Below are positions 8,005 to 16,416 of a stretch of DNA of 25,906 bases, one piece after another. The stretch spans positions 1-25,906 of the forward strand of contig JAEOTE010000030.1 of assembly GCA_016839945.1 (NCBI GenBank), written 5' to 3'. Source of the stretch: Candidatus Heimdallarchaeota archaeon (lineage in GTDB: Archaea; Asgardarchaeota; Heimdallarchaeia; Heimdallarchaeales; Heimdallarchaeaceae). A program made the position numbers and the translations under genes. How positions within the stretch are numbered: position 1 is the first letter of the stretch; every line of letters begins with the position of its first letter. Under the pieces are notes generated by a model. It saw nothing but the letters and a program-made list of their open reading frames with translations. It was not told the DNA's origin and did no database searches.

Positions 8005-10272
8005 TTATTTAGCTGCAATTCTTTTTCTGATTATTGGTATTGCTATTATTGTTGTTACCAATAGTGCACTTGTCCAAAATGGAAAAGCTATACCATTTGT
8101 ATTATTTGGTTCTTCACCTTCAACATTAAATGAATTGGAATTTGGTGATAATACTGTTCTACCCGCATAACCATATCTTACTGCAAGATAGAAGTTACCA
8201 TTGAAAGTATCCATTGTTATAAGAGCGCTTTCCCATTTGTTTGCTACAGGGTCAAAATCTATAGAGAACGTAGCTACTACAGTTCCAACAGAATCATATA
8301 CTAATATCATCGTTAGAGCATAATCAGTGAAATTATCCCAAGAGTTTAGTTGAGTGTAAGAAGCATTTACATCCACATAAAAACTCACATCATCATTCAT
8401 AGCTACTACAGGTTTTTCTACCACTAAAATATGCTCAACTATTATGTCTTCAATATCTAATCTTCCATATTGACTTGAACCTGATGCAATAATTGAAACT
8501 TCATAATCTGATTCATCAAATGATTGCAGCGAAGTATCAATATGCCACAATGAACCTACTGAATAACTCAAAGGTAATAGTGCATAGACTAGAGAGGAGT
8601 ATTCCTTTTTGAATCGAACATAAACATCCACACCACTTGTATCATTTATTGCAGTTCCATTTTCATCTTCCATGTATACATTGTTTAGTGAAAAAGCCCA
8701 ATTTCCAGTATTGTAATTCTGTGTATAACTTCCAATGGTTATAGGCTTACCAGGGATAAGTGAATAGTCTAAATCTTCAGTATATCCTAAGCCATCTTCA
8801 GTTGCATAACTTGTAGGAAGGGTAGGTGTAGGATCCATCATAATACTTGTAAGAATATGTGCTTCATCAATAAGTTTACCACTAACAAATAATTCTATAT
8901 CTCCTGATTCAATTGATTGAGTGATTGTCCATCCACTAGCATTATGAACTGCTATTGATATGCCTAGAGAGTAAGAGGATGGTGGTGTTATTTCTAGTAA
9001 GAGATAATCGGGTGGTAGAATTAATTTAGCTCCGTAGATACCATAATATCTATTCATTCTATCGTTTGCTGTAACAGGAAAAGTGTCAAATTCATCCCAG
9101 TCATTAGTAACAGCATCATAATCAATATTTGTATCAAGATTTTCAAAACCATATATTCCTCCAGCAAATGAAGGATCATCAATTGCAACAGCTGTTATCC
9201 AATTCAAATAAATCTCATTGAAATCCAAGGAATGTCCTTGTCCTTGAACAGCATCTTCTACACTAGCTGCTCCATGGTCTAGATCTGCAACTAAATCCTT
9301 TATTGCATTAACGCCATATTTCTCAGCAAGATAAAAAGTGAAAATATAAGCACTACCATAATCATTTCTTACATTTTCAGGTGGTATTTCATAATAATTC
9401 CAATATAATAATGAATCTTCAGGGTTCTTGAAGAAATAATTCGTTGCAAAATAGGTTAGATTGTTAGTCATATCATAGTCATTCAGATATTTCGAAAATT
9501 CTGCACAACCTTCATCAACAAATAAAAATTCCTCTTGATCATAATTAAAATGTATTAAATGTTGGAATTCATGTGATAGGACACCAGCAGACTCATCATG
9601 ATCTACATATACCATCTCTCTTTCATTTGTGTAATCAATTGTTGAGGAACTGTATTCATTTCTTGGATTGAAATATCCAGCAACTCCACCATCAAGACTT
9701 GCTAGTAAAATTGTTATCATTGAATCTGGATCTATGTCTCCTAATCCATGGATTCCACCATCAGGAGTACCAAAATATAATATATTATTAGGATATATTT
9801 TATTCTCAAATTCATCTCGGAAATTTTCAGCTTTTGTAACAAAACTTGGTTCGGTAAGAGGTGTAAATAACTCATTAAGAACGTAAATATAGGAATTCGC
9901 TCCTTTTGCTAACATTTTTGCTGATTTTTCTACATAAACATAAGGGTTGTCATAAAATGAATTTATAATCCAGAAATCTCTTATATTATTAAGTGGTTCT
10001 TCTTCTTTAACATCCTCTTTAATGGATTGACTAATAATAGTCTGTGTTTCTTTTGAATTTTCTAGTTCTGATAGCAATTCATACTTTAAAATTTGAGTAG
10101 GATTTGTTGGATCTGATTGACGTAATGCAACACTATAATCATAATAATTCATCTCTTCTATTTCAACTGGTTTAGAGCTTGATGAAACAAACTCAATATT
10201 GGTTAACACTACTAGTGAAAATAACATAATTAAACTAAAGCATAATAATTTCTTACGGATATTTACACCCAT
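8005..10272 (-). CDS. Secreted, C-terminally anchored zinc metalloprotease (gluzincin, M30-like)
   Basis: Signal peptide; VAGYF, NEREM, zinc motif HEFQH and third-ligand motif DEGCAEF; DYGSAYIF; beta-rich C-terminal half; terminal TM helix plus RKR tail. Confidence 0.88.
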   Translation of the reverse strand: MGVNIRKKLLCFSLIMLFSLVVLTNIEFVSSSSKPVEIEEMNYYDYSVALRQSDPTNPTQILKYELLSELENSKETQTIISQSIKEDVKEEEPLNNIRDFWIINSFYDNPYVYVEKSAKMLAKGANSYIYVLNELFTPLTEPSFVTKAENFRDEFENKIYPNNILYFGTPDGGIHGLGDIDPDSMITILLASLDGGVAGYFNPRNEYSSSTIDYTNEREMVYVDHDESAGVLSHEFQHLIHFNYDQEEFLFVDEGCAEFSKYLNDYDMTNNLTYFATNYFFKNPEDSLLYWNYYEIPPENVRNDYGSAYIFTFYLAEKYGVNAIKDLVADLDHGAASVEDAVQGQGHSLDFNEIYLNWITAVAIDDPSFAGGIYGFENLDTNIDYDAVTNDWDEFDTFPVTANDRMNRYYGIYGAKLILPPDYLLLEITPPSSYSLGISIAVHNASGWTITQSIESGDIELFVSGKLIDEAHILTSIMMDPTPTLPTSYATEDGLGYTEDLDYSLIPGKPITIGSYTQNYNTGNWAFSLNNVYMEDENGTAINDTSGVDVYVRFKKEYSSLVYALLPLSYSVGSLWHIDTSLQSFDESDYEVSIIASGSSQYGRLDIEDIIVEHILVVEKPVVAMNDDVSFYVDVNASYTQLNSWDNFTDYALTMILVYDSVGTVVATFSIDFDPVANKWESALITMDTFNGNFYLAVRYGYAGRTVLSPNSNSFNVEGEEPNNTNGIAFPFWTSALLVTTIIAIPIIRKRIAAK

Positions 10273-10346
10273 ATACTTGTCCCCTTACTATTATAGTTGT
10301 ATAAATCATTAAAAAGGTTGACAAATTAGCAAAAAAAAATCATCTT

Positions 10347-11084
10347 TTATACAATAGCAAGGTAAATTGCACTTATTATTCCATTGAAAGCAAGAAGAAT
10401 AAAAGCTAGCGCCATCAGTTCAAGAGAAATTAAAGTCCTTCTGGCTTGTTTTGAAGCTGCTATCATTTCTTTTCCCCAATAGGTATCATCTTCTCGTTTA
10501 AATTCCCAATACTCAAGGTAATCTTCAGCTTCATATTCAGGATCACTAATGACACGAATTTTATCTTTCACTTCTTTACCTGATTTATCTAAAGCTGTTA
10601 CTTCTAACAAAAGAGAGACTGCTCTTTTTGGAGGACTTTTGAAAACTTTAGGAACAATCAAAACACTATTTTCTTCATCCATTTTACTTGGAAGAACCCT
10701 TTCATTTACAGTAACCTTTATTGTGTCTTTATCTACAAAACCTGAATCAAATCTTACCCTTATTTGAAAATCAGATGGAGTTATATCTTGGTCGTTAGGC
10801 TCAATAATTCTCATTTTAGGTGGGACACTATATCTTCCTAAACCACCCATGCATCCTCCTACAGTTAGAAGAATTCCAGGAATAAGGAGCATCGACCAAC
10901 TAAAGAAGTTCACTCCTATATACCCAGTTGCATCAAGAATAACCAAAATTATAATTTCAACAATTAGTATACCACTTCCCCACTTCAGGCAGAAGAAACC
11001 TATTTTCTTCAATTTCTCTTTTCTAGTTAGTCTTAGATAATCTACTGAATCTCTTTTCTTTTTTCTGAATTTCAGTTGCATCAT
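10347..11084 (-). CDS. Hypothetical membrane protein (2 N-terminal TM, Ig-like soluble domain, C-terminal TM)
   Basis: Hydrophobic segments flank a beta-rich region (IKVTVNER...LEVTALDKSG). ATG overlaps the upstream stop as TGATG at 11082-11086. Confidence 0.75.
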   Translation of the reverse strand: MMQLKFRKKKRDSVDYLRLTRKEKLKKIGFFCLKWGSGILIVEIIILVILDATGYIGVNFFSWSMLLIPGILLTVGGCMGGLGRYSVPPKMRIIEPNDQDITPSDFQIRVRFDSGFVDKDTIKVTVNERVLPSKMDEENSVLIVPKVFKSPPKRAVSLLLEVTALDKSGKEVKDKIRVISDPEYEAEDYLEYWEFKREDDTYWGKEMIAASKQARRTLISLELMALAFILLAFNGIISAIYLAIV

Positions 11085-11356
11085 CAATCACTTACTATAT
11101 ACCTAAACAGTGCAAAAGCATAAAAAATCATCAAAACCGCGATATGAATACCTAGCACAGATCCCACATATGCACTATATGGCTCTACTATCAAATTTTG
11201 AGTAGCAGCATAAACAAATATAGTACCTCCACCAAAAAGAAATGCTACACTAAAAGCCAAAGCACTCATCATTTTGAGGACAACAACATCAAATTGTTTG
11301 TCTGGTTTTGGTTTACTTTTAGGTGGTTTTTCTACAGTCATGTCAATCGTCTTCAA
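11084..11356 (-). CDS. Small two-TM membrane protein
   Basis: Two hydrophobic helices; translationally coupled to the downstream gene. Start could be TTG 11356 or ATG 11341. Confidence 0.7.
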   Translation of the reverse strand: MKTIDMTVEKPPKSKPKPDKQFDVVVLKMMSALAFSVAFLFGGGTIFVYAATQNLIVEPYSAYVGSVLGIHIAVLMIFYAFALFRYIVSD

Positions 11357-11411
11357 TTTGCTATACTGTACTTATTTCTATTTATTTTTATCAGTTTCCC
11401 CGACTATATGT

Positions 11412-12305
11412 TTATTTTGCTTTGGTTTTTTTCTTATTATTCTTTTCTAAATCTTCTTGCGAGAGAATAATTTTTCCTTCTTGTTCTTCTATATGAATTT
11501 CTTTTTCAACAATTATATTTTCTATGACATGTCGAGGTAATTGAATAGAACCATAAGTATCTACATATACTTGGTGCATATCTCTAATTGTTTTAAGATT
11601 CTTTGTTGGAGAATATCCTGAGATTCGACCATCAACAATTTGAACTAATTTGTCCGTAGATTTTGCAACATCAAAATCATGAGTAACCATTATAGCAGTA
11701 ATACCATGAGTTTTATTCAGATGTTTGAAAAATCGGAGTAACTCCCCTGCAGTTTTGGAATCTAATTCACCTGTAGGTTCATCCGCCAAAAGTATTAAAG
11801 GTTGATGAGCAAGAGCACAAGCTAGTCCAGCACGTTGAACTTCTCCTCCACTTAATTGCTGGGGTTTGTGATTCATTCTTTTATCCAAACCTACTTCTGT
11901 TAATAATTCTTTAGCTCTCTTTACTCGCTCTTCTCTAGGTATTCCTAATAATCTCATAGGAATCTCAACGTTTTCCAGAATATTAATCTCCCAAATCAAA
12001 TTTCGACTTGGTAACTGCCATAAAGTACCTACTCTGTATCTTCGGTAAAGGCTTCTTTCTTCTTCAGAAAGTTGATCTAATCGAAGATCACCTACTTGTA
12101 CATATCCTGCAGAAGGATCTGTCATTCCTGCTAAAATAAGTAATAGAGTTGTTTTTCCGCTTCCTGATGGTCCAATTATTGAGACAAACTCTCCCTCTTT
12201 GATTGATAACTCTAATCCTCTTAGTGCCGGAACACGAATATTTGTTTCCTTTGTGTAATAGATTTTCATTAAATCTCTAATTTCTATGAATGTCATCATA
12301 TCCAC
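11412..12305 (-). CDS. ABC transporter ATP-binding protein (LolD/MacB type) with C-terminal AbrB/MazE-like extension
   Basis: Walker A GPSGSGKT, LSGGE, LLADEPTGELD and VTHD motifs; tail VYVDTYGSIQLPRHVIE...IEEQEGKIILS. True start may be ATG 12299 or 12296. Confidence 0.93.
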   Translation of the reverse strand: MDMMTFIEIRDLMKIYYTKETNIRVPALRGLELSIKEGEFVSIIGPSGSGKTTLLLILAGMTDPSAGYVQVGDLRLDQLSEEERSLYRRYRVGTLWQLPSRNLIWEINILENVEIPMRLLGIPREERVKRAKELLTEVGLDKRMNHKPQQLSGGEVQRAGLACALAHQPLILLADEPTGELDSKTAGELLRFFKHLNKTHGITAIMVTHDFDVAKSTDKLVQIVDGRISGYSPTKNLKTIRDMHQVYVDTYGSIQLPRHVIENIIVEKEIHIEEQEGKIILSQEDLEKNNKKKTKAK

Positions 12306-15300
12306 CTATGCTGAATGTCTTAACTCTGTACCAATTTCTTGTTTTGTGGAAGAAATTGTTGGAATTAACGCCCCCATAGCAGTAGCTGTAATCAAGATAG
12401 CAATAACAATCACTACTTGAACAACTGGGAAGAGTATTGAATATGGAGGAATATTTCGAGTTATAGTTAGTACTCCCATTAACATCGAAGAAGCTAAATA
12501 TCCTATTAACATCCCAAATATAGTTGAAAAAACTAGAAGTGAGATATATATTGATAAATGATATTTCATCAATTGCTTTGTTGATATACCTATAGCTTTC
12601 ATTGTTGCAATCTCTTTTGCCCTATCAATAAGTTGAATGGATGCAAAAAGAGCCAATATGATTGAGTTAATAGCAAAGGACATTATAAGTGTAGAATTAA
12701 TTGCAGAATATAGAATAGATGATCTGGGACTATTTGGTTTAACGAAAATTTCATTTTCCACATTGTTAACTGTTCCTTCTTCAGAGATGAAACCAATCTT
12801 TTCTGCAACTTCTTCAATATTGTAACTATTGTTGACTTTAACATATAAGTAATCAATTAAATTAGTTGGTCGAACTTGAATATTATCTAAAAATTCTTCT
12901 CTTACAACAAGATGATAAAAGAGGGATCTTACATTAGTAATAGCTATTTTCCTAACAAGATTTGGCCAATATTTATATTCTCCTTGAATTTTTAAAGTGA
13001 GATTTAAAGGTCTAATTGCAGAATATGGTGGTATTGTTCGCCAGGTATCATTGTAAGCAGCATAAGTGATTAGCCAATCTTGACCAACTTTTCTTTCTAT
13101 TACTCCTAATTCATCAACTTGAGCTAAAACACCAAAAGTATCATCTAGGTTTTCAAATAAAGTTTCAACACTTTCCTCACCAAAATCATCTCTGAAGAAT
13201 GCCGTTTTAAGATACGTTTCAGGGTCTACAATTAGTAGTGAATATGTTATCGCCAAATCTCCAGCAGCAGGATCATTAATATTAATGAATCGAACAACAG
13301 ATATAGATTCAACTTCTGTAAGATTTGAAATTTTGGATTTCACGTATTCATTATCTACTGGAAAGTTTCTTATTACAATATCTGCACCTAAATCATAATA
13401 TGCACCTTGAGTGTTGAAGTCTTGATACGAGTATGGAACAATGATTGAACTTATCACTAAAGAAAATGAAAGACACAAAATAATAGATGATCTTGCAAAG
13501 CTTTTTTGATATCTGTGTATTTCTCTGATACTCAGTGATGTTATATCCATTCTTAGTTTTGATGTTAGTTTAACTAATAGTTTCGAAAATAATGGTAATA
13601 GCCTTTGTACGAAAAGAATCAAGCCAAATAGCATTACTATAAGAGCTGGAATGCCAACATATTTTGCAGTTAAATCCTGGTATGCACTAAGAACGGGTAA
13701 TTTAAAGACAAACCATATCGTTGTAGCAAATACAATTAGAATTATATCTAAGAAGTATTTATAGAATACTGGCAATGTCTTTTCTACTTTGCCATAATCC
13801 TCAACATCTCGTTTTTTCAGAAGTGTTATTGTATTGAAAAGCTGTATGAGGACAATTGCTCCAACACTCCCAATTAGTGCAATTGAAACTGATGCTACAT
13901 CCAACCTCAATGGTAATAGTTGGTTTGAAAACATCAAAAATCCTGAGCTTTTCGTAAGTACTGAAGCAATCGGAACTCCTAGAATGACACCGAACATTAG
14001 AGAGACTCCTCCCGTAATAAGTGATTCTAATGCCAAGTACGAGCCAATTTCCATTCTGTTCGTTCCCCTTTCCGTGAGTATAGTGAGCTGTCTATCACGC
14101 TTTTTTCTAACCAAATTTGCAGCATAAACCGTTAGAATTATTGTCAGCACAATTATAGGAGATAAAAATGCAAACATGAAGGTTTGATAAAGATTATATT
14201 CATCTCTGAATTGCTCCATTAAATTAACAAGGTAAGAATTTATTCTAACATATTGAAAATCTGAACGAACTAGATACATTTCTTTTAAGTTTACTCCAAT
14301 AAACTTTAGCGTGTCTATTTCACCTTGCAGATTGAAAGAATCTATTTCATCGATATTGTAAAATAAATCTGCTACAATTGTTGCTCTAGTCTGCGTATAT
14401 TCTATTGATTGAAGAATTTTATTTGCAGAAGGCCAATATGCTAAGATTGCTGCACCACTATCAAATTCCAATATGTATTCTAAAGGAATATCAATTTCTG
14501 ATCCGGTGATATCATAATTAGGTATTTCATCAAGGAAAACAATGCCTGTGACGTTAACGATATTTTTGTGAGTGCCATTAAAGGTTGCTGCTGTATCATC
14601 ATAAAGTGAATCTTCTAAATTCAATGAGATAGGGACATAGAGTGTCATGTTATTATTTACACGTATTGAGGAATGATTGTAAAAATCTCTTGTAACTAGA
14701 GCAATAACTTCAAAATCATTTTCTGGAGCAGTTCCAATTGCAATATTATTCGAAATAGACGTAGCGAGTTTTCCTAATGTTCCATAAAGGGGCATATTAG
14801 GAAGATACGATATATTGTTAATCGGGTCCCAAGTTTGCGTAAACGTTGGTCTTTGGAAGTAGCAATCCGTCTGGAGGATTCTATGTGATAGATTACCGAA
14901 GTAAAGAGCAATATTTGCTACACTAAGAAAATCAAAATATTGATTTGTACCGAACGTGGGATCAATGTATAAATCTTCTACTTCTACCTGAATGTAAGTT
15001 CTAGGTTCTTCTGCCAGAAATAAACCAAATGCTTGAAATTGATAAGAATAAATAAAGAACACATACTGCGTGATAATCGAAACCGCTAAAGTGACTCCTA
15101 TTGAGGAAATAAGTCCATATTTCCATCCAGCTTTAAATAAGGGTCTAAATAAATGAAGTCCTGGTAAGAATATCAGTAAAAATATATCTATTATAGGGAC
15201 TGTTACAAAAATTATTGGAGAGAAGATGATTAATAAAATGTGAAAAACTCTATCTTGAATTTTCTCAGGAGGTTGGTCTTTTTTCAATAACTCATGAAAA

Positions 15301-15377
15301 AAAGTTCTAGTTAAAATGAACACATTCCTAATTGCAATTAAGCGAGACCCTTTAGGAATGAAGCTGTTATTCTTCAT
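12306..15377 (-). CDS. FtsX/MacB-like ABC transporter permease (duplicated architecture)
   Basis: RDRQLTILTERGT and RAKEIATMKAIGIS coupling motifs, YDLGADI, and two large extracytoplasmic domains. Start set to ATG 15377 (MKNNSF) rather than 15437. Confidence 0.9.
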   Translation of the reverse strand: MKNNSFIPKGSRLIAIRNVFILTRTFFHELLKKDQPPEKIQDRVFHILLIIFSPIIFVTVPIIDIFLLIFLPGLHLFRPLFKAGWKYGLISSIGVTLAVSIITQYVFFIYSYQFQAFGLFLAEEPRTYIQVEVEDLYIDPTFGTNQYFDFLSVANIALYFGNLSHRILQTDCYFQRPTFTQTWDPINNISYLPNMPLYGTLGKLATSISNNIAIGTAPENDFEVIALVTRDFYNHSSIRVNNNMTLYVPISLNLEDSLYDDTAATFNGTHKNIVNVTGIVFLDEIPNYDITGSEIDIPLEYILEFDSGAAILAYWPSANKILQSIEYTQTRATIVADLFYNIDEIDSFNLQGEIDTLKFIGVNLKEMYLVRSDFQYVRINSYLVNLMEQFRDEYNLYQTFMFAFLSPIIVLTIILTVYAANLVRKKRDRQLTILTERGTNRMEIGSYLALESLITGGVSLMFGVILGVPIASVLTKSSGFLMFSNQLLPLRLDVASVSIALIGSVGAIVLIQLFNTITLLKKRDVEDYGKVEKTLPVFYKYFLDIILIVFATTIWFVFKLPVLSAYQDLTAKYVGIPALIVMLFGLILFVQRLLPLFSKLLVKLTSKLRMDITSLSIREIHRYQKSFARSSIILCLSFSLVISSIIVPYSYQDFNTQGAYYDLGADIVIRNFPVDNEYVKSKISNLTEVESISVVRFININDPAAGDLAITYSLLIVDPETYLKTAFFRDDFGEESVETLFENLDDTFGVLAQVDELGVIERKVGQDWLITYAAYNDTWRTIPPYSAIRPLNLTLKIQGEYKYWPNLVRKIAITNVRSLFYHLVVREEFLDNIQVRPTNLIDYLYVKVNNSYNIEEVAEKIGFISEEGTVNNVENEIFVKPNSPRSSILYSAINSTLIMSFAINSIILALFASIQLIDRAKEIATMKAIGISTKQLMKYHLSIYISLLVFSTIFGMLIGYLASSMLMGVLTITRNIPPYSILFPVVQVVIVIAILITATAMGALIPTISSTKQEIGTELRHSA

Positions 15378-15494
15378 TAAAATCTTGCACGAACATACAC
15401 CTATAAGCGTTTTTCTATGTCCAACAAAAAGACACAATCAGTATCTGTAGTTATTTTTAGAAAATTTTTCATCAATTTTTGTAGCTTTTTTAAA

Positions 15495-15687
15495 TTATTT
15501 CGTCGAACATAACGTGAAAAACAAAACCAATAGGTTTGATCTCAAATTAACTCGATAATAAATCTCTCTTCTAATAGCTTCATATTCTATTCCTTGTAAT
15601 TCTTCGTATAACATCCATATTGATTCTAAATCAATTGGTTCAAAATATCTCCAAATTAATCCTAGAAATGTCCCAAAGAATACTCAT
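15495..15687 (-). pseudogene. Possible gene remnant or frameshifted small ORF
   Basis: 62 stop-free codons (VFFGTFLGLIWRYFEPIDLESIWMLYEELQGIEYEAIRREIYYRVNL...) with no 5' in-frame start (only an internal Met). An out-of-frame ATG lies at 15687. Confidence 0.3.
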
Positions 15688-15689
15688 TC

Positions 15690-16379
15690 TCACTTCTTCT
15701 TTTGAAATTCTAATTCTGTTAGATTTACCTCCCTTTCTGCAAACTTCGAAGCGTTTGGATCATGAGAAGCTATCACAAGAGTTGTATCATAAATTTGGCA
15801 CATATGAGATAAATGTGTGTAAACAGTTTCTGCTGTTTCTATATCTATATTACCTGTAGGTTCATCTGCTAATACTATTGGAGGATTATTTGCTAGAGCT
15901 AGAGCTATCGCAACTCTTTGTTGTTCTCCTCCACTTAGAAACTCTGGTTTTTGATTAAGATATCTGCTTATTTCTAGAAATTCTGCAAGCTCTTCTATAC
16001 GTTTATCTCTTTCATCTTGTTTTTTATCCATTAACAACATTGGAAATTCGATATTTTCTTTAACTGTTAAGAAATAAGCAAGATTGTAAGATTGATAGAT
16101 TAAACCAACAGTTTTACATCTGTAATCAGCAAGTTGATTTTCGTTATATTGAAGAATATCCTGATTGTTCACGCTAATTCTACCTTTAGTGGGTCGTAAT
16201 ATTCCAGCGATACAATGTAACAATGTTGTTTTCCCAACCCCTGACTTACCTCTTACAACTAACCGTTCCCCCTTTTTAACATTAAGATTAACACCTGATA
16301 GAGCTGTAGTTTCAATCTTACCTTTGTAGACATGAGATAATTCAGAAATTTCAATAATGGTATTTTTCCTTCTACTCAT
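15690..16379 (-). CDS. ABC transporter ATP-binding protein (LolD/MacB type)
   Basis: [31 protein letters not shown] and ASHD motifs. The GGAGGAG SD favours ATG 16379 over TTG 16394. Confidence 0.93.
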   Translation of the reverse strand: MSRRKNTIIEISELSHVYKGKIETTALSGVNLNVKKGERLVVRGKSGVGKTTLLHCIAGILRPTKGRISVNNQDILQYNENQLADYRCKTVGLIYQSYNLAYFLTVKENIEFPMLLMDKKQDERDKRIEELAEFLEISRYLNQKPEFLSGGEQQRVAIALALANNPPIVLADEPTGNIDIETAETVYTHLSHMCQIYDTTLVIASHDPNASKFAEREVNLTELEFQKKK

Positions 16380-16416
16380 ATATTTCTCCTCCAATTACTA
16401 TTTTGATTGTAACTTT

